From assembly GCA_010405405.1 (NCBI GenBank), contig MU004240.1, positions 1,084,882 to 1,148,881 on the forward strand: 64,000 nt of DNA, read 5' to 3'. Under the pieces are notes generated by a model, which saw only the letters and a program-made list of their open reading frames with translations, was not told the origin of the DNA and searched no databases. This DNA is from Microthyrium microscopicum. Taxonomy: Eukaryota. Within the stretch, counting starts at the first letter, position 1. Each line of letters starts with the position of its first letter. Below, in pieces: positions 25,599-37,757 of the stretch. Position numbers and translations under genes: made by a program.

Positions 25599-28359
25599 TT
25601 AGCTTTCATCTGCACCCAAGTAGCGCCATCCAAGTTCAGGGACATCTCCGTTCAGCCCTCTTACTCGGATAGTTTGTTCATCTCCGGGCATGATATCGAT
25701 GGCACTATCGTCAACTAGAACTCCTTCGCGTTCCTCAAACACGAATCCCTTTGCGGGTCGAGCTGAAGATACGGTAACGGACCCCTTGCTATCATACTTG
25801 ACCTTTACATCACGATGTTTGAAGCTCAGGTATTTCAAGGGCTGGGGCCAATCACTATCCCGAGCGACAATGGCGTCATCGACAAAGAGTCTCGCTGCCA
25901 GGACATGAGGCTCATCCGTGTGCTCGTTGATAGAGCCTTGGAACACATCGGTTGTGCCATTAGGCGTGATGGTGACTTCCTTGCTGATGGCAGCTTTAAT
26001 ATCTTTGCCAGTGGCAATAGATATAAACCGAAGCTCGACTCTGCCTTTGATGGCTTTTTGCTCTTTGCTTGCCACCCAGCATTCGAAACTGAGCTCCTTT
26101 GGTGGCCTAGCATGGACGACACTCCAGTCCCAGTGTTCTCTCTTGACGGCAACTGCGAGTGGTGCAAGGACTCTTCTCATGGTATAGTACGCAGGCTTCT
26201 TCCGTTGGTAGTAATCGACAATCGACCATGATGTGACGGGCCAGCAGTCGTTAAGCTGCCACACCAGAGCGCCACCACAATGTCTTTCTTTTCCCCACTG
26301 TTGCCGCCAGCCTCGATATCCGAACATAAGAGCTTCGGCCTGAACCATCTGTGAAAGATGGATATATCCTTCCAGACTAGGAACGTTTCGAAAGTTCTCG
26401 ACAAGGTAAGTCGCGATACGCCTCTCATGTCTGTCTGCTTTGTTGTGGAAATCCAGAGTGCGTGATTGAGGATAAAGCTCGTCCGGATTCGTACAATATG
26501 CTTTGATAGTTCCGATATGAGGGAATGCTTCCATTCCGAATTCACTGTTGAATCTACCGCCAAGTGTGTCGAAGATCTGGTACTTTTCTTGAGTACCGTG
26601 CCACACTACGGCCAGTTAACATATAAAGTATTCCGAATAGCTTTTGACGCTTACCATTCCACTGGTGCATATCACCAATAGTTGGGTTTGCGCTTTCAAG
26701 CCCATCTCCCCACGGACTTCCTGGATGATAAGGAATCCACGGCGCGTGCTCTGCCATTACTTCTGGCAGGATCTATGCAAGTAAGCACAAGCAAGCAATA
26801 TGAATATTCAAAGATCATATGCCTTACCTTTTCGTAGATGTATCTGGCGGGAAAATTAGTCTTGAGCCAACTCTCCGGGTCTTTGTCCTCGTAGTTGTAG
26901 GTCAGATTGAATGATTCTTGCACCTGATAATCTTCGTTGTTTCCAGCAAAGATGGCAATGCATGGATGATGACGGATTCTTTTGACATTCTGATCTGCTT
27001 CGTGCCTGATGGAATCAAGTATTTCAGGATAGGCTGGATAGTTTCCGCAACCAAACATAAAGTCATGCCAGACTAGAACTCCCAATTCGTCGCAAATGTC
27101 GAAGAAGACGTCTTCCTCATAGATGCCTCCTCCCCAGACTCTGTCAATGATTAGAAATATCTCGGTTCATCTGAATATTCTCCCACCTAATCATGTTTTG
27201 GTGGCCATCAACCATCATTTGTAGCCATTTACGATAAGTGTCAGCAGAAACTCGGGGCGTGAAGCTATCAGCAGGAATCCAGTTTGAGCCTCCACAGAAC
27301 ACGTCGATGTTGTTGACTCGAAAGTAGAATGACTTTCCGATCTTGTCTTTCTCCTGAATCAGCTCAAGCTTACGAAATCCAAAAGTCTTGGTTACGGTCG
27401 ACACCTCTGAGCCAGTTGACACTTTTATTTCGTACAGATTGGCCTCACCATAACCGAATGGATACCAAAGATCAGGATCCTTGATAGAAAATGGAACCTT
27501 GACTGAGCCAGTCTTGTCAGGTTTGACGTCTTGTTCGAGGATTGAGCGGCCGTTTCGAGTCATTGTACAGTGCGCGGAATGAGAGAGATCGCCTTGGATT
27601 TGAGCATTTATTGTACCATGAACTTGATCTAGAGCTGGAGAAACGGTGTAGTCGACTCGAACTTCAGTGACTTGAGAGCGAAATATCTCTAGTCGGACAG
27701 GCCTCCAAGGACCGCAAGGACATAATACGGGGCCCCAATCCCACCCCCTAAAATATGTCAGTATACCAAGTATCGGTTCAGACCTAAAACTATTAGTTAC
27801 CAGTGATACTGCGCCTTTCTGACAGCCAGTCGTCCCATGTCGCCATTGAACCCCACCCATTCATGCTTAGGATGAGCCTTTTTGATCTGGCGAGCTCGTT
27901 GGAACGCGGAGTCAAAGAATATTTCCAGTTCGTGGACGCCAGATTTGCTTAGTTGACTTGTTACGTCGATTCGGTGAGAATGAAACATGTTGTCGCTCTT
28001 GAGAATCTCCTCTCCATCCAGGGTTACGGTTGCGAAAGTATCCAGTCCCTCAAAAGAAAGCATCGCGATGCTACCAGGCTCCAGACTGGGCACGGAGGGC
28101 AATTTGGTTCTATAAGTCCATGACGTTTCTGCTACCCATTCACATTTCAGCTCATTGAAATCAATGAATGGATCTTCGATACTAGAGTATGATGAGTGAC
28201 TTAACTCAGCGGATGGGAAATGACTCACAGCTTATGGTTCATCAGGTCCAGATGAACGTTGGTCGGCACCGTAGACACTGATAGCCAAGAAGGAACATGC
28301 TCGCCTGATGTCTCCTTGAACTCCCACCCCGACTCTAGAGTGAAAATCTGATCCCCCAT
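25599..28359 (-). CDS. Glycoside hydrolase family 2 beta-mannosidase, intracellular type, multi-exon
   Basis: RKAQYHW|GWDWGP, GSNWIPAD, NMIR|VWGGGIYE, WHDFMFGC, GNNED, SEFGM, WQLNDCWP motifs; N-terminus MGDQIFTLESGWEF lacks a signal peptide. Confidence 0.93.
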
Positions 28360-31141
28360 TGTCGTGGACGGCAAGAGAATTTCGTTCGCATCCAAGATCT
28401 GACATCCAGGGGAAAGACAGATATATCAAAGATAGACAATCTCACATAATGCGCAAGCACCCCTTTTTACCCTGTCAAAAGAGCCCCTGAGAGAAATTAC
28501 GTTCTTTTCTTTTCAAAGATTTGCCTGTCAATCGAGCGGAATTGATTCTGGAAGGGTAGACAGTGCGGTAGGAGTCTGATTTTGCTAGGCTTTTAGTACT
28601 ACCTGATTGACGCATTAATTCTAATAAGGCATCGTGCTTTGCTGAGTGGATGTCTAGTGTTCACTGTTTGGTTCAAGCGTTCTCCTCGGCCACGCTGATG
28701 TCAAACCGATATACAGACTGAAATTCTCCTAGAACCGCGGCGTTCGCACAACCCACAGTCCGTACTACCGTACCTGCTTTCTCAGAATCTTATAGGAGAG
28801 ATATCCCCTGACAAGGAAGCACCTAGTCTATTAGCATGAGGAAACGCACAGAACGTGTCAGCTATGGTCCGTTCACTTCTTCCGAGATACCCAATGGGTT
28901 AATTTCAGCCTCATCAATTTAAGGTATGACACTGATAAGTCAAATTATACAATATTGGGAACCAAAATTGTGTAAACGATCTAAGGAACTGCACATGTTA
29001 GGTTATTAGTCCCTGAGCACAGATAGTCCGTGAGGCACCGAATGTCTGTGCTAGAGTTGAATGTCCGCTAATATGGAGTTTTGGGCAGTGGCATGGCTTC
29101 TTTCGTGTTGAACAGTATGACTCTACCTGTGTCGATCCGTGGCACTACCTGGTAGATGAAAATCGCACCTCTCCCGTGCTTGTTGATCTTGACATAATAT
29201 CGGATCCTATATCCAGGCTGATGTTTCGATATGATAATCATTTTGGCTTTACTCTATAGAACACATTGCAGTTCTTACGATGGAAATCCTTTGCCGAATG
29301 CCCTGACATCATACCATTGCTTTATCTAGAAATTCCCGGGTGTTCATTAAAAACCTGGGAGCAAAGAGGTTGGAGGACTTGTAAAGTTTTGACCTAATGT
29401 CTCAGAGCCATCTACCCATAGCCCTCAGCATGGCGGAGTGCTTCCGATTTGCTGGGTTAAGTGTAGATCAGTTGTCATGATGAAAATAAATTGCGAGTGG
29501 AGCCTTTGAGAGCTTGATGCTGAATTTGGTGTACGATTGCTTGCTGAAGACTGTAATGCACGTCCGAAAGAATGGAATAAAGTCTCGTTTCACGCTCTCT
29601 TATTGAGTGACCATGTGCAGCTTTCCGAGATATGACATTTTCATCATTTGCGATTCAGATCATCAAGTACTTGTCACGTTGCTCAACAGTCGGTAGGCTT
29701 TCGAACAAGATTTCAACTCAGACCTTGTGGCAATTTCAGTTCCTCGTTCGACAAGAAAGCCCATAAGTTTTCCTTGAAGATGAGACCTGGCAAACCGGGC
29801 GATCTAATAGAGTTATCAGCTGCTGTACAGCAACGGACCAGTTAAGGATGTCTTCAGGACGAAAGTATCCTTGAAGCTATACTGCTTGGCTTATCCGAGA
29901 TCGAGGAGGACTTTGCAGCAATTCCTAGATATCAGATAGATATTTACCTCCCTCGAAGTGAATTCAACACAAATAGCGTGCTAATATTTTCATAGTGGGC
30001 AATGATTAGATCATTTTGGATCAATAAATCCATAATACTCTGAGCACATGTCATAGAGAGTGAAGATCTGGATGATTAGAAGTTAAAGATATTCTCCTTG
30101 TAGGGGACAATTAGAAAAGCTCAAAAATCTACTTAGACTGATATTGCCATATATCGTTTGTTTTCTCCATCATATGATTGTTGAGTACTTGATAGTAATT
30201 TTCGTTCAGACAGGATATAACTCACAAGTATTGGAAATGATTTCGCCATGGTATGTAGCCCACAGATCGACATGTAATATCGAAGTAGGATCTACAACTG
30301 GCATGTTCTGAGACATGTTCAAAATCTCGAATTCTAAACTCAACCTCATCACCAAGAAACATTCGTCAGTGCTAATCAAATGCTTATGGTCTAGCAGACT
30401 AAATCGACTTGCCAGGCGGATTTGAAGTTCGAACGCGAAGTGCTTCTCTCTACAATACTCCATAACCCAATCAAATGAGACTCCTTTGATGAATTCTCGT
30501 GCTCGCCTACCTTCTTGAATGATGAGCATAAGCGCCGTTAACCCACTATCAAGGCCATAAGCAAGTCAGCTGTATCGAATCCTATTCGAGCAGCTTGGAT
30601 ATCTGGGTTTTCTACCGTGATACTGAATAGTCCACATGGGTGTTCTATCTAATGCCATGTCGAAGAAAGTTCAGTTATCGTGAAGTTGTGATAAGAAAGC
30701 TTCAGGGGCTACCGTACATCAAAAGAAAGCAACGGTTCAACAGTTCCTAATACAACCATACAGAAGATTTGGGCCAGTAGAATTGTTCTTAAGACCTACC
30801 ACTATTACGGTTTTAGTAAGGCTTCAAAAGCAAATATGGCGATGGGGCTGGGACGCTGGGATGTGGACTTGGTAGTCGGAACGCACTGTGACGTTCATAG
30901 CGTTGCTTCTCTGGAGTCTTTACCGTATTTTCGATATTCCGCCGATACTGTTCTTCATACCTATTACATTCCTGCTCACCACACTCAATTGTCTTTGATC
31001 ATCGGAAACATATCTGATCAAAGTCGATTGTCAATTGCTGCCCCGCGTTTGGCAGCTGCAACCGCTGCTGTTGCCCTCCATCACGATCACGCATTGTGCG
31101 AACAGAAACCCCGCCACCCAGACTCCAGCTCAACAGACATC

Positions 31142-34100
31142 ATGGAGCCTCGCGACAAGCATCACCATCGCTCCAAGTCACAGCTTGCGAAATCCCTCCT
31201 CCACAAGGTCTCTAGCAAGGCCGATGTACACAAAGAAGACCCTGGCGAAACGTCTGAAAGTGTTGGCCGCGATTCTCTAGCCGCCTCGGAGTCCAATATG
31301 TCAATGGCATCAAGATCCTCACGCCCTCGCCCAGGGCCATCATCCACAAGCGTACCCGATGAAGGCAATGGCAAAGCCGCCGTGCAATCAGACCCAGCGG
31401 CTAGTGGAGCTTCGCTAGAGCAGTCTGTCAGACTTTTCCGCTACTTCGAAGCGCTCCAAATTGGCGACCGAGCTGCCATCGCCAAGGCCTTACAAGAGCA
31501 AACTGCTGGTTCCTCCAACCGACTTGAAGGTACTACACTCTTGCATCTTGCGATCCAATGCGCCGATGCTCCAACCATCGAATATGTCCTTGGCAATACA
31601 ATGAGCTCCGGAGATGTGTGGGCTATCAACTCGCGGGACAAGGATGGCAATACGCCACTTCATCTGGCATCTAGGTTTGGCCGGGCGCCCATTGTCCGAC
31701 TAATACTGGATCAGGATGATGTGGACGACTCAATCACCAATTTTCAAGGTCAGACAGCTTTAGACCTAGCGTACAGTCCAGAGATTTTCCAACAACTGCA
31801 GCTAGCGCGCTCCTTCCTCATCGATTCCAACGTGCGCAAAATCCAAGAACTTATTGCACGCCGGGACTACATTGGGCTAGAGCAAGCACTAAATGAATCG
31901 AAAATAAAAAATACGATTGATGTCAATGGCATGGAACTTGCCACTGACAAAGGCACTGTTGAGACTGGTGGCACTCTGCTTCATGAAGCTGCTAGGAAGA
32001 AGGATTTGAAGCTCATTCAGATATTGCTGATGAACGGGGCCGATCCATTTCGAAGGGACAGAAAAGGCAAGCTTCCTCAGGACGGTACAAAAGATGAGAA
32101 GACGAGACATATCTTGAAAAGATCTCCAGCTGCTGAGACAGCTCAAAGAAGTGTTCAAGAGAAAGGAATTTTGGGAAATTCTAGTACTCAAGCTCTCAGC
32201 ATTGCACCAAATGACAACCCACTTGGTGGCAAGGAAAGCAGAGAAATGAAAGGTTATTTGAAGAAATGGACAAATTACACCGGAGGTTGGAAGCTTCGAT
32301 GGTTTGTTCTTGAAGAAGGCGTTCTCAGTTATTACAAAAACCAAGGTTTGTGTTTCCTGACTATTCCTGTTGACTCTTCTAACCCTCGTAGATGATGCTG
32401 GAGCTGCCTGTCGAGGTGCGATCAATATGCGCATCGCAAGATTGAATATGGACCCCCAAGACAAACTTAGACTCGAAATTCATGGAAAATCATCAGTCAA
32501 GTATCACTTAAAGGCCAACCACCAGGTGGAAGCAAAGCGCTGGTACTGGGCTCTCAACAATGCTATTCAATGGGCCAAGGATGAGGATAAAGAGGAGCAA
32601 AAACGGCAAGACCAAGAATCCGAAACGCTGAAGCAGGCAAGAGCCGAGCAAGATAGACGACATGGAGACTCTGCAAGCTTGCAGAGTGGCCGACCAAAGT
32701 CTTCCTTTCAAAGGCAAACTTTGGCTCCTCCTCAACAATCTGTCGGTGCTCTCAGCACTGGGCCAGACGATGATGATGAAGGAGACGCAAGCATGTTTGA
32801 GTCTAGCATAGCTGGGCCAGCAACTCGATTTACCAGTCGAACTGGCGCAGATACGTACAACGAGGACGAGGATGCCGGCGATGACACGAGCAGCCATGAT
32901 GCTCAGCCTGTTCACAAAGACGCGCTCAATATCACCGCACAGTCCTTGAAGTTACAGCTCGATCTTCTTGCTCAAGTCTCTTCGTCTCTGACAGCTGAGC
33001 GATCGCGTAATCCGAACTTGTCCTTTGCAGATCCCTCAGCCACGGCTGCTATTTCTGCCTACGAGTCTGCAGTAGGCAACCTTAAAGGACTCATTGGTGA
33101 CTTCCTTCGCATTGCCAATGATCGTGATGCTTATTGGCAGTATCGCCTAGATCGCGAGGCAAACATCCGCAGAATGTGGGAAGAAAGTATGGCGAAGGTC
33201 GCTCAAGAGCAAGAACTTTTGGGTGCAAAGATGGAACAGTCCGAAGACAAGCGCAAACGAACCAAGCGTGCATTGCGAGATGCCTTGGAAACTATTCAAA
33301 CTGAGGGCAGCCGGCCTATTACACCGGCAGTCGAAGGGACAGAGCCACCACTAGGCGGAAGTAAGGCAATCACTGCGATGGAGGGGCCTAGTCAATTAGT
33401 GTCCCCACTGCACAGAAAATCAACCGTAGCGGAGGTTTCACAAGAGCTATCCGACGACGAGAGCGCTGACGAAGAGGAGTTCTTTGATGCCGTTGATGCT
33501 GGAGAAGTTGAAGTCGTCGAAATGTCTGCTACAGTTGAGCAGGAAACCGAGGTGCCGAAAGCGGTTGGAAGCTTGCGAGATAACAAACTCACTGAGATTC
33601 AAAAGTCTTTTGCAGGCTACGAAGATGGAATTCGTAAGAGGCTGGCCATGGATGCAGACGACCGGCCAAAAATCTCGCTCTGGGTAAGTAAAAAGGCCAC
33701 TCCGCAGAATTCAACTAATATCACGTAGGGAATTTTGAAGAGTATGATTGGCAAGGACATGACGAAAATGACCCTTCCAGTGTCCTTCAACGAACCCACA
33801 TCACTACTACAACGTGTTGCCGAAGATATGGAGTATACTGATCTTTTGGACTCAGCTGCCGAAGTCACGGACTCAACGGAACGAATGGTCTATGTTGCTG
33901 CATTCGCTGCTAGCGAGTATGCGTCTACAATTGGGCGAGTAGCTAAACCTTTTAATCCGCTGTTGGCTGAGACGTATGAATATGTGCGTCCTGACAAGAA
34001 CTACCGATTCTTTATCGAACAAGTTAGCCACCACCCGCCAATTGGAGCCGCTTATGCAGAATCTCCAAAATGGGATTATTATGGCGAGTCGGCAGTGAAG

Positions 34101-34922
34101 TCCAAGTTTTACGGAAAATCATTCGATATCAACCCGCTTGGAACTTGGTTTCTACGCTTGCGCCCAAGTACTGGTGGCGAAGAACTTTATACTTGGAAAA
34201 AGGTCACCTCATCCGTCATTGGCATTATATCAGGCAGCCCAACCGTTGACAACTATGGCACAATGGAAGTCAAAAACTGGAAGACTGGAGAAGTGTGCAC
34301 TCTGGACTTCAAACCTCGAGGCTGGACCGCAGCATCTGCGTACATTGTCGGTGGACGAGTAATCGATGCCAAAGGCAAGACAAGATGGAGCATGGGCGGT
34401 CGTTGGAATGACAAGATATATGCCCGTCTCACACCTGGTTACGAAGACAAGGGCTTTTCGGATAAGGAAATGGCTGGTGCTCGTGGCTCACGTACTGAAT
34501 CGATGTCTTCATCCCAGGCATTCCTGGTATGGGAGGCGAACAAACGACCTACTGGCATTCCTTTCAATCTGACGCCCTTCGTGGTCACTCTCAATGCGCT
34601 CCCCGACAAGCTACGTCCAGTTCTGGCACCAACAGATACCAGACTGCGCCCAGATCAACGCGCAATGGAAGACGGTCTGTATGACTTGGCAGCTACTGAG
34701 AAGGATCGCGTCGAGGTGAAGCAGCGGGCACGGCGGAAGATCCGTGACCAGCGTGGGGAGCACTTCACCCCTAGATGGTTCACCCAGACGGTGTGTGAGA
34801 CAACAGGCGAGAAGTTTTGGAAGTTCAGCGGCGAGTACTGGGCCATGCGCGATTCGGTCGCTCATGGTGGAAGTTGGAAAGGATTGGAAGATATCTTTTC
34901 TACAGATCCGGTGGAGGAATGA
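31142..34922 (+). CDS. Oxysterol-binding protein, Osh1/Osh2 type (ankyrin + PH + FFAT + ORD), 3 exons
   Basis: Ankyrin [57 protein letters not shown] and [14 protein letters not shown]. Confidence 0.95.
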
Positions 34923-35345
34923 GTGATGACTGTTTATTCATACTCAGTTGAACAATTCTACCTATCAGGAGGTACATGCTCTGTATGCTGAGTACTTGCC
35001 ATGTTAATATGTCTTGCAATTGTAATAGTGTAATGAACGACCACGAGAATGATTCCCAAGACTGTCCAAGCTATCAAAACCCCTACTGAATTTAGTTCAC
35101 AAGGTAATCCCCGGCCGGCTATAATCAAGCGTGGTGACGCGCGGTGGATATCGATCTCCACACTCCAAGCACAATCTGGGGTATTGTTGTGGGGTAAAGC
35201 TCCAGATGCGGAGCCTAACCTGTTGTGAGGCCGTAGCTTCCGTCCATCCACGGATTCTGATTCGTTCGAATCTTCAGAGACCTTGGTATCAAGGACTTAG
35301 CATTCGGTCTGATGGCTTTCTAGTTGACCCATAGGACACTTGCTG

Positions 35346-35380
35346 AGCGGAATTGATAGCTCATAGCGGAATTGATAGCT
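35346..35380. promoter_or_regulatory. Exact 16-bp direct repeat AGCGGAATTGATAGCT x2 (period 19) upstream of the FMO
   Basis: Copies at 35346-35361 and 35365-35380, each with a CGG triplet and a TGATAG GATA core; TATA-like cttatata near 35473; regulatory role inferred. Confidence 0.6.
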
Positions 35381-35551
35381 TGAACAGACAGTTCATTGAG
35401 ATGTACAGAGCGGGGACGTGATACAAACGCGCTTGCTTTGGTCCGAACATTGTATTCATATAGCTCTGGGAACTTATATAGCAGTGGACTTCCCACTTCA
35501 AGCGTGAGTTGAAACGCTTAAATCATCACTCGACTCCTGGCAAACAACACA

Positions 35552-37650
35552 ATGGCCGCCACTCAAACCCAGTTCTCTAACCCACATAGCGTACCTCTCC
35601 CTGTCTTTGGCAAGCTTCAACCATCTTCACCTCAACATGTAGCATCAGAATGGCTGTCGAAATTCGAATCAGTGGTAACTAACGGCGATGCTTCGAGACT
35701 CGGCGATGTCTTTCACGAAGACTGCTGGTGGAGAGATCTTCTGTCAATGTCATGGGATTACCATACGCTCCAAGGTCTCAGTAAAGTAAAGACATTTGCC
35801 CAAACTCGCATGAGCAGCGCTGGGTTCAAAAATTTCAAGCTCCGTGAACAAGGCGCATTTACACCAGCTCAAGCAAAGGTCACTGACACTTTGTCGTGGG
35901 TGGAGTCTATCTTCTCCTTCGAGACTTCAATAGGTCGAGGACAAGGTGTACTGAGATTGACCCCTGATGCAGACGGTGCATGGAAAGCCTACATCGTTTA
36001 TACCTCGCTTCAAGAGCTGAAAAGCCATGAGTGGGCTACCGGTGCAAACAGACCGCACGGTGGAAAGAATACACTCGAAGGAGGCATTATCAAGGGCAAC
36101 TGGGTGGAAAGAAAACAGCGACAAAAGGAGTTCTTGGATAATGAACCAACTTGCTTGATAATTGGAGCCGGTAAGTACTTTGGAGCTTCGAGAAACTCTC
36201 TAGGTCTAATTGATAGCGTAGGCCAGGCTGGACTCATGATCGCCGCTCGTCTCCAAGCTCTAGGGGTATCTTGTCTTTTGGTCGATAGAAATCAGCGCAT
36301 TGGAGACAACTGGAGACTTCGATACAGAGTAAGCAATTTCTGAACCTTGAGAGTCCTCATTTAACATCCACGCAGACTCTGGTCACTCACGACCCCGTCT
36401 ACACATGTCACATGCCATACATGCCCTTTCCTTCAACATGGCCATTCTTCACTGCCAAGGACAAACTGGCAGACTGGTTTGAGTCTTATGCTGAGTTGAT
36501 GGATCTCAACGTATGGATGAACACAAATCTAGAATCAGCAACTTGGTCCGAAGATATTTCGTCCTGGACCGCCACCGTCAAACGTGGAGAAGAAAGCACA
36601 CGAACGTTCCACCCAAAGCACGTAATTTTCGCGACTGGACATTCTGGAGAGCCTAAGATACCGTCATTCCCAGGACAAAGTGACTTCAAAGGCACAATCT
36701 ACCACGGCTCTCAGCATCAGGATGCATCAACCACTGGCGATGCTACAGGCAAACGAGTCATTGTCGTCGGTACTGGCAACTCTGGCCATGACATTGCACA
36801 GAATTACTGTGAAAATGGAGCCCGAGTAACCATGCTTCAACGGAGAACTACACATGTCGTCAAGGCAGACACCGGTCTGCTCATGATGACTGAGGCACTA
36901 TACGGAGAGAACAGTCCTCCGACTGAGGACGCAGATCTCTATGCCCAAAGCTTCCCCGTGCCAGTCAACTTTGCCCTCATGAGAGCTACCATCAAGGCGA
37001 TTGCTGAAGCAGAGAAAGAGAACCTGCAAGGCCTACAGAAAGCAGGCTTCAAGCTAAATGATGGGGTGGATGGTTCAGGACTCTTCAGTCTTTACTACAC
37101 CCGAGGCGGTGGCTATTACATCGACGTTGGTTGTTCACAGCTTATCATCGATGGCAAGATCAAGATTGAGCAATCGCCCAATGGCATCAAGGGCTTTGAC
37201 CAAGATGGTTTGATACTGGCGGACGGAAGACGACTGGAGGCAGACATTGTTGTCCTTGCGACTGGATATGACAACATGCGAACTAGCTTGCGAAAGGCGC
37301 TAGGTGACGAGATTGCCGACAAATGCAAGGACGTGTGGGATCTCGATGACGAAGGAGAAATGAACGCGGTAAGTTTTTCGGAAGCTTTGTTTAAAAAGCC
37401 TGCTTACTGACTTGAGCAGATGTGGCGACCTAGTGGCCACCGCGGTCTGTGGTATATGGGCGGTAATCTTTCGCTTTGCCGACAATACTCCAAATTTCTG
37501 GCACTACAGATAAAGGCAATTGAAGTTGGGTTGAGCAAAGGTGATGCTGTGAACAGCAATGGAGTGAATAGTAATGGTGCAAATGGCAACGGTGTCAATG
37601 GTGGAAACGGTCATGCAGCGAATGCTTCTGCTCCTTTGCCTTTATTGTGA
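35552..37650 (+). CDS. Flavin-containing monooxygenase, type II-like, with N-terminal SnoaL/NTF2-like extension, 4 exons
   Basis: CWWRDLLSMSWDYHTLQG extension; FAD site IIGAG|QAG; GDNWRLRY; fingerprint FKGTIYHGSQH; NAD(P)H site VVGTGNSGHD; GGGYYIDVG; VVLATGY. Confidence 0.92.
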
Positions 37651-37757
37651 AAATGGATCATGATAATTGGTACGAGGAAATGTCACCTATGATTTATATT
37701 TTGATAGCCACATAAACTCTTTGATGATAACCCAGTACTCGTCAATATACAGCAGCA

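Noticed and set aside
30836..31141. In-frame 102-codon N-terminal extension of the OSBP ORF
   Set aside because: Reads like promoter/5' UTR sequence; the ATG at 31142 has better context
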